From an uncultured virus (IMG/VR IMGVR_UViG_3300027741_000051) (Duplodnaviria > Heunggongvirae > Uroviricota > Caudoviricetes), in the IMG/VR virus record IMGVR_UViG_3300027741_000051, positions 1-64,000 of that record: 64,000 nt of DNA; one strand, given 5' to 3'. A program made the translations under genes and the position numbers. The notes under the pieces are model-generated. The model was not told where the DNA came from. It worked only from the letters and a program-made list of their open reading frames with translations, and searched no databases. Positions 8,625 through 15,823 of this stretch are shown here, one piece after another (the stretch's first letter is position 1; each line of letters begins with the position of its first letter).

Positions 8625-9389
8625 ATGGCAAGCAATAGAAAAACAGCAATACAAAAACGTGATGATTCGATTGAAGGTGATGAGGTAATACACAGACACC
8701 TACCCGTTTCAAACTCTTTAAAAATAAAATTAGACCATTTAAAAACATTTGAAGCACTAACACAAAATCAACAAAAGTTCTTTGACGCATATAAAACAGG
8801 TGATTACTTTATTGGCCTATTAGGATCACCAGGTGTCGGTAAAACATTTTTAGCATTGTATCGTGCAATTGAAGAAGTTCTAAACAAAGACAATCCATTT
8901 ACACATATTGTGGTTGTTCGTTCTGCTGTACAGGTAAGAGACCAAGGTTTTGTTCCAGGTACACTAGATGAAAAGATGGAGATTTATGAAGTGCCTTACA
9001 AAGAAATATGTGAGACACTTTTTGGTCGTTCCGATGCGTGGGATAGATTGAAGGAACAAGGTTACGCTAGATTTATTTCCACTACAGCTATTCGTGGCAT
9101 CTCTATTGACAACTCTATCATTATTGTAGATGAATGTCAGTCGATGACATTTCACGAATTGAGCTCGGTTATTTCCCGTGTTGGTCACCGTTCTAAGATT
9201 ATCTTTGTTGGTGACTTGAAACAGAATGACTTAATTAAGAGTAGGAATGATATATCAGGCCTTGCAGAGTTTTTGAATGTTGCAAGACATATGAATGAGT
9301 TTACTGAAATTGGATTTACACCAGAAGACATTGTTCGCAGCAGTTTGGTTAAATCATGGATTGTTGCCTGCGATAAATTAGGAATATAA
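8625..9389 (+). CDS. phoH: PhoH-like ATPase
   Basis: GSPGVGKT, GFVPGTLDEK, IIVDECQ, GDLKQND, DIVRS motifs. Confidence 0.95.
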   Translation: MASNRKTAIQKRDDSIEGDEVIHRHLPVSNSLKIKLDHLKTFEALTQNQQKFFDAYKTGDYFIGLLGSPGVGKTFLALYRAIEEVLNKDNPFTHIVVVRSAVQVRDQGFVPGTLDEKMEIYEVPYKEICETLFGRSDAWDRLKEQGYARFISTTAIRGISIDNSIIIVDECQSMTFHELSSVISRVGHRSKIIFVGDLKQNDLIKSRNDISGLAEFLNVARHMNEFTEIGFTPEDIVRSSLVKSWIVACDKLGI

Positions 9390-10051
9390 TGTTTAACTAC
9401 TGCCCACCTGAATCTTTACAAGATTTACAATCTACTACTTTTCCTGATGGTAAAAGATACTATCAGTTGGCTGATGGTACAAGATTGCCTTCCATTACCA
9501 CCGTTTTAGGTGCGATGAGTAAAGCTGACATACTTGCGTGGCGTAAACGTGTTGGTGAAGAAGAAGCTAATAAAATCTCGCGTAAAGCATCTGGCCGTGG
9601 TACGAATGTGCATAGCCTCTGTGAAGCATATCTAAACAATAACTCAGAGTATTCAAAGAAAGCCATGCCTGATGCATTGGAAATGTTCAAGAGTCTTAAA
9701 CCAATCATAGATGCGAATGTATCTGATATTTGGTATCAAGAGTGTACATTGTTTTCCAAGAAACTTGGTGTTGCTGGGCGTGTTGATTTGATTGCACATT
9801 GGGATAATAAACTGTCCATTATTGACTTTAAAACCAGTAGCCGAATCAAAACAAGAGATAAGATTATGTCTTACTTTTGGCAAGAAACTGCATATGCATT
9901 GATGTTAGAAGAAATGATTGGTACACCTGTCGACCAGATTGTAACCTTGATGGCCGTAGATGGTTCTGAACCATTGGTGTTTGTTGAAAAGACAGAAGAC
10001 CACATTGAGGGATTAGTAAAAGCGATTGAATTCTATAAAACAACCTTATAA
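9389..10051 (+). CDS. PD-(D/E)XK exonuclease (T4-like 'exonuclease A')
   Basis: PSITTVL, RGTNVH, AGRVD, IIDFKTS, Q..AY motifs; follows phoH. Confidence 0.9.
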   Translation: MFNYCPPESLQDLQSTTFPDGKRYYQLADGTRLPSITTVLGAMSKADILAWRKRVGEEEANKISRKASGRGTNVHSLCEAYLNNNSEYSKKAMPDALEMFKSLKPIIDANVSDIWYQECTLFSKKLGVAGRVDLIAHWDNKLSIIDFKTSSRIKTRDKIMSYFWQETAYALMLEEMIGTPVDQIVTLMAVDGSEPLVFVEKTEDHIEGLVKAIEFYKTTL

Positions 10052-10054
10052 ATA
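10047..10054 (+). promoter_or_regulatory. T4-type late promoter
   Basis: TATAAATA upstream of the glycine-rich cassette; gp33 is present in the window. Confidence 0.75.
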
Positions 10055-10081
10055 GGTGGTAAGAAAAAAAAGGGGAAAACA

Positions 10082-10705
10082 ATGGCAACATCATTAGGAA
10101 ATGGTTTAATAACATTTGGAGATAATAGTACACAAAATACTGCTTCTTCTTATGTGGGACCTCGAGCACAATATTTTAGTGCTAACGGCACATTTACTAT
10201 ACCCACTGGAATTACATCATTAAAAGCTAGGGTAGTTAGTGGAGGTGGCGGCGCCGGTGGCAATGGACGATATCCTTCAGGTTGTGGATACATTGATGTT
10301 ATTGGAGGTTATGGTGGATACGGAGCACAGGGAATTCAATGGATTACTGGACTAACACCAGGTTTAACATTAACTATAGTTGTTGGAACAGCTGGTGCCG
10401 GAGGCCTCGGCGTCCAAAGCGGTAGAAATCCTGGTAGTCCTGGAAATGCTGGAACTACTTCTTCAATATCTTCTGGAACACAATCAATCAGCACAATTCA
10501 ATGTACCGGCGGCGGTGCTGGTGCTGCAGGCGGAACTTCACCTTCACAACCGGCCGCAGCTGCGAATGGTACAGCAACAGGCTTTACAACTCCTGGTTAT
10601 TCTTTAACTAATTTGAGTGTTGATGATAGAGGTCTTGGTCAAGCTGGAACAGGTTACTATCCTAATAATTCCGGTACAGCTGGTTATGTAATTATTGAGT
10701 ATTAA
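10082..10705 (+). CDS. glycine-rich virion fibre/adhesin-like protein
   Basis: GTFTIPTGITSLKARVVSGGGG ... GYVIIEY glycine-rich domain; N-terminal ITFGDNSTQNTA motif shared with fibre genes. Confidence 0.75.
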   Translation: MATSLGNGLITFGDNSTQNTASSYVGPRAQYFSANGTFTIPTGITSLKARVVSGGGGAGGNGRYPSGCGYIDVIGGYGGYGAQGIQWITGLTPGLTLTIVVGTAGAGGLGVQSGRNPGSPGNAGTTSSISSGTQSISTIQCTGGGAGAAGGTSPSQPAAAANGTATGFTTPGYSLTNLSVDDRGLGQAGTGYYPNNSGTAGYVIIEY

Positions 10706-10718
10706 AAGGAGCATTTAA

Positions 10719-10940
10719 ATGAAATATGCATTAGTATGTCCAAACGAACTTGTAGAAAATGGTTATCGAATTGCAGATGTATGTGATACAAAATCTTGGA
10801 CACCAGCAGAACCAACATATTGGTTGGAATGTGAAGATGATGTTATGGCCGATTGGTGGTATTTTAATACTTCTGAAAATAGAATTAAAAGAACTCCTGT
10901 TACTACAGGTCCAGTAATACAAGGTCTAGAAGATTTATGA
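10719..10940 (+). CDS. small partner/assembly protein of the glycine-rich fibre
   Basis: MKYALV...WLECEDDV pattern; directly after the Gly-rich gene. Confidence 0.6.
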   Translation: MKYALVCPNELVENGYRIADVCDTKSWTPAEPTYWLECEDDVMADWWYFNTSENRIKRTPVTTGPVIQGLEDL

Positions 10941-11209
10941 TTGTTGTTAATCCTATTCATCAATTTGATTATGCCGGCGCATCTTTCAATGTTTACCACG
11001 CCAACATGAATGAAGGATTACCAAAACATGAACACACATTCGCTCACGCTACAATATGCAATGCAGGTAGTTGCATCCTACGCAAAGAAGGTCGTGAAAA
11101 AATTATCAATAAGTTTTCAAAACCAATTAATCTTGCAGCAAACGAATGGCATGAAATAGAAGCACTGGAAGACGGAACAGTTTTTGTAAATATATTCGAA
11201 AACACTTAA
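10937..11209 (+). CDS. cupin-fold protein
   Basis: HEHTFAH ... AANEWHEIEALEDGT cupin motifs. Confidence 0.75.
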   Translation: MIVVNPIHQFDYAGASFNVYHANMNEGLPKHEHTFAHATICNAGSCILRKEGREKIINKFSKPINLAANEWHEIEALEDGTVFVNIFENT

Positions 11210-11221
11210 ATTATGAGAGGC

Positions 11222-11250
11222 TTGACAAGTCTCTAATCCTGTGATACAAT
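11222..11250 (+). promoter_or_regulatory. sigma70-type promoter of the ncRNA locus
   Basis: TTGACA-17-TACAAT with TG extension; predicted start near 11257. Confidence 0.8.
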
Positions 11251-11259
11251 ATATAATTA

Positions 11260-11350
11260 ACACACTTATGAACTGGGACATGGCTCAGCTGTGCAATTAG
11301 ACTAAGTTCCCACTTTGTGGGTACGGGAGTGAGAATCTCCCTAAGTGTGT
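11260..11350 (+). ncRNA. tRNA-like structured RNA, no canonical anticodon arm or CCA
   Basis: 9-bp closing stem ACACACTTA/TAAGTGTGT stacked on GGGAG-TGAGAAT-CTCCC T-arm; extra hairpins CTGGG/CTCAG and CCCAC/GTGGG. Confidence 0.6.
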
Positions 11351-11419
11351 ATTTTATTGCTGTATGAAGCAAAGAGAAAAGTGTTCTGGACGGGGGTGCG
11401 AATCCCCCCACCTCCACCA

Positions 11420-11497
11420 AAAACGCATCTGCCAGTCGCTCTGGTTGTATGGTACTATTCTAGAAATAAGGTTCAAGTCCTTTGGTGCGTTTTTGAT
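11420..11497 (+). ncRNA. tmRNA intervening segment with tRNA-like cloverleaf
   Basis: ACGCATC/GGTGCGT 7-bp stem, TG linker, CCAG/CTGG D-like stem, AAGG-TTCAAGT-CCTT T-arm. Confidence 0.6.
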
Positions 11498-11632
11498 GGG
11501 GGTGCATAGTTTCGACAGGGCAACAAGTAACAGAGTGGACAGCACGGTAGGCGATGACCGTTAATCAAGCAAAAAACGTAAATGCAAACGACTCCGCATA
11601 TCGCCTAGCTGCTTAAGCTAAGCTGAGGTTTC

Positions 11633-11663
11633 GCCGACTGTCCTTATTATCCAATCAGTCGGC
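11633..11663 (+). terminator. 3' hairpin of tmRNA coding piece
   Basis: GCCGACTG...CAGTCGGC 8-bp stem; weak U-tract. Confidence 0.5.
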
Positions 11664-11689
11664 AATTTGTTCAACAATAGGAGAAAATT

Positions 11690-12133
11690 TTGATTAAAAA
11701 ACTCGTACTTATCGCATCCCTTATGGGTGTATTTGCAAGCGCACAGGCTTTAGAAGTTGGTATCAATGATGGCACCAATCTTAGCTCAACACAAAATGTT
11801 TGGGGTGTATCAGTTGGTGAAACCGTACATGGTTATAACCTAACCGCAGGATTCAATCGTTCTACATCCGCTGACTCTTACAGTTTGGTTAATAGTGTAG
11901 AGGTATCAAAAATGGGACCTGTATCAATTGATGCTAAATTTGGTCTTCTTTTTATCGATAGCCAATCAGGTTCAGCTTATGATGGTTATGCCGCTTCTGC
12001 TGGTATTGGTGCTCGTATGCCAATTACCAAGTCAGTTACAGCAGGACTTGATTACAGTTACCAAGCTGGTCAAGACCGGGTTGTTGCAGAAAACGGTAGC
12101 CGTATTACTGCTGGCGTTAAATTTAGTTTCTAA
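11690..12133 (+). CDS. outer-membrane beta-barrel protein (small 8-stranded OMP type)
   Basis: Sec signal ending AQA; amphipathic beta strands; C-terminal beta-signal AGVKFSF; TTG start with AGGAG SD. Confidence 0.8.
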   Translation: MIKKLVLIASLMGVFASAQALEVGINDGTNLSSTQNVWGVSVGETVHGYNLTAGFNRSTSADSYSLVNSVEVSKMGPVSIDAKFGLLFIDSQSGSAYDGYAASAGIGARMPITKSVTAGLDYSYQAGQDRVVAENGSRITAGVKFSF

Positions 12134-12148
12134 ACTAAAAAGAGTTTA

Positions 12149-12196
12149 ATAGGTTATCTCTGACGGTAGTCCCGTCCAATAACCTATCATTTTTTC
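12149..12196 (+). terminator. long hairpin with U-tract (terminator/attenuator)
   Basis: ATAGGTTAT/ATAACCTAT outer stem, GACGG/CCGTC inner stem, followed by CATTTTTT. Confidence 0.55.
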
Positions 12197-12208
12197 GAAA
12201 GGAAACCC

Positions 12209-12760
12209 ATGCGAAGTAAAGCAATACTTTTCAGCATAGTAGTTTCCGCAATAGTTCTTTGCCTCGCTACGATAAACATTAATTATAGAATTCCTCTAAA
12301 AGTTAATTATCGGGATCTCACTGAGGCAACAAAAAGGCAGGTTACATGCCTTGCAGAGAACATTTACTTTGAAGCTGGACATGAACCATTGAGTGGTAAA
12401 CAAGCTATTGCTTTTGTTACCATTAATCGTGTTCAATCCGGTTACAGTAAAGATATTTGCGGAGTTGTTCATCAGAAGACGGGAGGAACCTGTCAGTTTT
12501 CATGGTTATGTGATAAAAACATTACCGATAAACGCTTGACAATTAGAGATAGTTCGTTGTATAATGAAGTTCGTGAGTTGGCCGTGGATATGATTCTAAA
12601 TCGTGACCTCAAGGAAGATGTTACACAAGGTGCAACATACTATCATGCCGACTATGTAAATCCACAATGGAAATTGGAAAAAGTGAAGAAAATAGGTCAT
12701 CACATTTTCTATAGAAGCCGTGTGGATAATATTGACAGAAATAGGAGTTTTTATGAATAA
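12209..12760 (+). CDS. cell wall hydrolase, SleB/Hydrolase_2 family, with N-terminal TM anchor
   Basis: CLAENIYFEA, VTINRV, CQFSW, GATYYHADYVNPQW, IGHHIFY. Confidence 0.92.
   Translation: MRSKAILFSIVVSAIVLCLATININYRIPLKVNYRDLTEATKRQVTCLAENIYFEAGHEPLSGKQAIAFVTINRVQSGYSKDICGVVHQKTGGTCQFSWLCDKNITDKRLTIRDSSLYNEVRELAVDMILNRDLKEDVTQGATYYHADYVNPQWKLEKVKKIGHHIFYRSRVDNIDRNRSFYE
12536..12565 (+). promoter_or_regulatory. sigma70-type promoter (intragenic)
   Basis: TTGACA-18-TATAAT upstream of gp33/gp59. Confidence 0.55.
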
Positions 12761-12968
12761 AGAATTAATGACATATATTGTTTGTGTGACCATTTTAATT
12801 GGTTCTACTATTGCAGCTGTAACCATTTACCAATTAAATGAACGCAATAACTTTGCAAAGAATATGGAATCAGCAATCTCAAAAGGCGTTGATCCACTTT
12901 CCGTGAAGTGTGCTTATGAACAATTACCTACTGCAACCTGCATCACATTTGCACTAGGTAAACGATAA
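12753..12968 (+). CDS. small membrane protein
   Basis: AGGAG SD, start MNKELM; N-terminal TM helix. Confidence 0.7.
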   Translation: MNKELMTYIVCVTILIGSTIAAVTIYQLNERNNFAKNMESAISKGVDPLSVKCAYEQLPTATCITFALGKR

Positions 12969-13189
12969 TGGCAACTAGAGAAGAAATATCCGATTTCTCT
13001 ACTAAAATATTGGAGATGGCTGATGAGCAAGGTCAGCCTTGTATGGATGTCATTATCCAATATTGTGATGAAACAGGCATCGAGGTAGAAGTTGCAGCAA
13101 CATTGGTTTCTTCATTTCTAAAGGCTCGTATTCGTGAAGAAGCACAGTCAGTAAATCTAATCAAGAAGGCCGCAAAACTGCCACTATGA
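12968..13189 (+). CDS. 33: late transcription coactivator gp33
   Basis: FS..I...MDVII.YC...IEVE.AA.LVS..LK..I..EA pattern; adjacent to gp59. Confidence 0.88.
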   Translation: MATREEISDFSTKILEMADEQGQPCMDVIIQYCDETGIEVEVAATLVSSFLKARIREEAQSVNLIKKAAKLPL

Positions 13190-13791
13190 ATGAAGGTACA
13201 GGCTTTGCAGCCTTTGCGTTATATAATGCTTTGAAGTTACATTTCACCTCGTCTTCCTATGATTTCTTTAAGTATCATGGAAAAACTAATGTGAGCAAAG
13301 ATACCTTCCTGAAGCGCAAAGATAAATATAGCTTCTACAAGTTATCACGCAAATACTCGTTGGATGAACTCAGGAACTTCTATGTGGCCAATTTTGTATA
13401 CGGCGACTCAACTTGGGTTGGTGAAATGACTGGACCAAATGGTGAAGATGTATATAAGAAGTGGCAAAAGATTTCTCAGAGCTTGACATATAATTTTGAA
13501 TCTGATATAGTACGCATCTTAGAACAGGTAAATAGTCCTGATGAATTGATGAAGGTAAGGCCTGGTGAGTATCCTGACTTACTAGTTGGTGCAATGCAGA
13601 ATTCAATATCGATTGAAACATTGGTGATACTGAATGATATGATGAACTTCTTTTCCATGTGGGACAAAAAGATTAGTGATGACATTATCTGGCCGTCCTG
13701 GAAATTGAAGTGTGAAAAGTATGCACCATTTATTACATACGATAAAGTTAAGTTTAAGAATATTTTAAAAGAGGCAATTACAAATGAGTAA
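13186..13791 (+). CDS. 59: helicase loader gp59
   Basis: YNALKLHFT...YDFFKYHGK, RKDKYSF.KL, ISIETLVIL. Confidence 0.92.
   Translation: MNEGTGFAAFALYNALKLHFTSSSYDFFKYHGKTNVSKDTFLKRKDKYSFYKLSRKYSLDELRNFYVANFVYGDSTWVGEMTGPNGEDVYKKWQKISQSLTYNFESDIVRILEQVNSPDELMKVRPGEYPDLLVGAMQNSISIETLVILNDMMNFFSMWDKKISDDIIWPSWKLKCEKYAPFITYDKVKFKNILKEAITNE
13483..13511 (+). promoter_or_regulatory. sigma70-type promoter (intragenic)
   Basis: TTGACA-17-TATAGT with TG extension. Confidence 0.55.
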
Positions 13792-14275
13792 GTTTACAAA
13801 AATCTATTTGGACATGGACGGCGTGATTGCTGATTTTGCCAAGAGATACAAAGAAATGTTTCATATTACACCTGAACAAGCTGACAGGAACCGTAATTTT
13901 GGTCCTTACTTCAACACCTTTATTGAGACTAAACAATTTGCAAGCCTTGATATGATGCCAGATGCAAGGATGTTATTGGATCACTTGAACACATTAGATA
14001 TTCCTGTAGAGATTCTTTCTTCTACAGCAAGGCAAGATTCGCATGAGGATATTTCAGACCAGAAAACAAAATGGTTGATTTCTCATGGTATCAACTATCC
14101 ACGCAATTTTGTACCAGGTAAAAGCTTGAAGTATACCTTTGCGTCACCAGAATCCATTATCATTGATGACACATTTTCTGTTATCATTGACTGGGTTGAG
14201 GCACGCGGTACAGCAATCCATCACACGGATGCTGCATCTACTATTGCTTCATTAGACACTTTATTGGATGACTAA
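13784..14275 (+). CDS. HAD-family 5'(3')-deoxyribonucleotidase
   Basis: IYLDMDGVIADF, ILSS, IIIDD motifs. Confidence 0.88.
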   Translation: MSKFTKIYLDMDGVIADFAKRYKEMFHITPEQADRNRNFGPYFNTFIETKQFASLDMMPDARMLLDHLNTLDIPVEILSSTARQDSHEDISDQKTKWLISHGINYPRNFVPGKSLKYTFASPESIIIDDTFSVIIDWVEARGTAIHHTDAASTIASLDTLLDD

Positions 14276-14292
14276 ATATAAAACTGGCGGTA

Positions 14293-14300
14293 TATAAATA
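14293..14300 (+). promoter_or_regulatory. T4-type late promoter inside a palindrome
   Basis: TATAAATA within CGGTATA-TAAA-TATACCG. Confidence 0.7.
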
Positions 14301-14337
14301 TACCGAGTTGGTCAAATTACTTAATAAAGGGGAAAAA

Positions 14338-14766
14338 ATGTCTATACAACATCAAATCTGGTTAGAACGCGCTGGTCTTATCAAGGAAGATTGGGAACAA
14401 TTGGTTACTGAATCCTATCAGTATGACGAAGATAATATTCAGCAACTTATTGCTGTTTACGAAGAAATTCGCCAAGTTGTAGAAGCACTTCCTAAAGCCG
14501 CATATGTTAGTGCAATGAGAAACGCTACTGATCCTGAAGGCTCAGGAGATTCCGATAAAGTTGTTGCTCGTGCTAAAAAAGTCCACGGAGATAAATTTGC
14601 AAAAGATTTAGAATCTGGCGCAGGTAAGATGCATTTCCCAAGAGACAACCACACACAAGGTTACGACAAACTAGCAAACAGAAAACCAGCAGCTGTTACA
14701 AAATCTGGTATGGCAAATAAAACCTCCATTCAAGGTTTAAAAACCAATATCAAAAGAAATATGTAA
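14338..14766 (+). CDS. late hypothetical protein, possible internal head protein
   Basis: Acidic N-terminus, basic C-terminus; late promoter; ATG 14338 with AAGGGG SD. Confidence 0.65.
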   Translation: MSIQHQIWLERAGLIKEDWEQLVTESYQYDEDNIQQLIAVYEEIRQVVEALPKAAYVSAMRNATDPEGSGDSDKVVARAKKVHGDKFAKDLESGAGKMHFPRDNHTQGYDKLANRKPAAVTKSGMANKTSIQGLKTNIKRNM

Positions 14767-14787
14767 TCAAATATACCGTTATAAGTA

Positions 14788-14816
14788 TTGACACAGGCTT
14801 CGGCCTGTGTTATAGT
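14788..14816 (+). promoter_or_regulatory. gene 32 sigma70 promoter overlapping a UUCG hairpin
   Basis: TTGACA-17-TATAGT; ACACAGGC-TTCG-GCCTGTGT at 14791-14810. Confidence 0.75.
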
Positions 14817-14885
14817 AAGTTTTATTATGCATAAAGTGGATAATCCGTTTTTATTTTTTACACTCCGTTATATAAAGGAAAAATC

Positions 14886-15773
14886 ATGGTAGATTTCGCA
14901 AATCTTAAACGCTCTTCGGGCAATCTTGACAAACTCTCTAAAGCTATCGAAGCTTTAAACACCTCAGAGGGTTCTGACAACAAAGACAATTATTGGAAAC
15001 CTGAAGTAGACAAAGCCGGCAACGGCATGGCTGTTCTCCGTTTTCTTCCAGCTCCGGCTGTAGATGGTGATGACGCACTTCCGTGGGTCAAACTATTCTC
15101 ACACGGATTTCAAGGTCCTGGTGGTTGGCTTATTGACAACTGCTTGACAACCAAGAACCAACAATGTCCTGTGTGTGAACACAATTCTTCATTGTGGAAT
15201 TCTGGTATCGAAGCCAATAAAGAGATTGTACGCAAACAGAAACGTAAACTGAACTACATTGCAAATGTTTATATCGTTTCGGATCCAAAACATCCTGAGA
15301 ACGAAGGACAAATCAAATTGTTCCGTTTTGGTAAAAAAATCTTTGATAAGATTACTGAAGCAATGAACCCACAGTTTGCTGATGAAAAGGCAATCAATCC
15401 GTTCGACCTGTGGGCTGGTGCTAACTTCAAGTTGAAGATTCGTAAAGTTGAGGGATACCAAAACTATGACAAGTCTGAATTTGAATCTCCTGCACCATTG
15501 TCTACGGATGATGCAAAGCTTGAAAAAATCTGGAAATCAGAACACTCTTTGAAAGAGATGACTGCCGATAAAGAATTCAAGACATATGAAGAACTATTGA
15601 CTCGTTTGACTCGTGTTCTTGGTTTGGGTGAGACTATTAAACCTAAGACTACTGTTGAACAAATGAAGGCAACACCTGAGGCATTTAAACCTAAGGCTGC
15701 TGAACCTGAATTGTCATTATCTGGTGATGATGACGATATGGCTTACTTCTCAAAGTTGGCTGAAGAAGACTAA
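14886..15773 (+). CDS. 32: single-stranded DNA-binding protein gp32
   Basis: DKAGNGMAVLRFLPAP, HGFQGPGGW, CPVCE, GANFKLKIRKVEGYQNYDKSEF, acidic tail. Confidence 0.97.
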   Translation: MVDFANLKRSSGNLDKLSKAIEALNTSEGSDNKDNYWKPEVDKAGNGMAVLRFLPAPAVDGDDALPWVKLFSHGFQGPGGWLIDNCLTTKNQQCPVCEHNSSLWNSGIEANKEIVRKQKRKLNYIANVYIVSDPKHPENEGQIKLFRFGKKIFDKITEAMNPQFADEKAINPFDLWAGANFKLKIRKVEGYQNYDKSEFESPAPLSTDDAKLEKIWKSEHSLKEMTADKEFKTYEELLTRLTRVLGLGETIKPKTTVEQMKATPEAFKPKAAEPELSLSGDDDDMAYFSKLAEED

Positions 15774-15798
15774 ACTTCTATCTTTCATGGAACTTGAT

Positions 15799-15822
15799 AC
15801 CCCGCCTAGTGCGGGGTTTTTT
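15799..15822 (+). terminator. rho-independent terminator between convergent units
   Basis: ACCCCGC-CTAGT-GCGGGGT-TTTTT. Confidence 0.9.
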
Positions 15823-15823
15823 A

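Larger units (their letters stand above)
11355..11663 (+). ncRNA. ssrA: circularly permuted (two-piece) tmRNA
   Basis: Acceptor piece ends GGGGG-TGCGAAT-CCCCC-CACCTCC-A-CCA at 11419; coding piece starts GGGGGTG at 11498 (G3.U70 Ala determinant); P2 pairings CAGGGCA/TGTTCTG and ACAGCA/TGCTGT; tag ANDSAYRLAA* at 11584-11616; outer ends approximate. Confidence 0.93.

Noticed and set aside
9389..10051. Cas4-like nuclease as part of a CRISPR system
   Set aside because: No repeat-spacer array or other cas genes seen; this exonuclease normally follows phoH in T4-like phages.
11279..11293. Possible TCA anticodon (Sec or opal suppressor tRNA) in the upstream tRNA-like RNA
   Set aside because: The loop lacks U33 and the arm is misplaced relative to the acceptor stem; cannot call a functional tRNA.
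11211..11564. ORF-track ORFs 11211-11420(-), 11354-11545(-), 11364-11564(+)
   Set aside because: They overlap the tmRNA and tRNA-like structures and lack convincing SDs; shadow ORFs.
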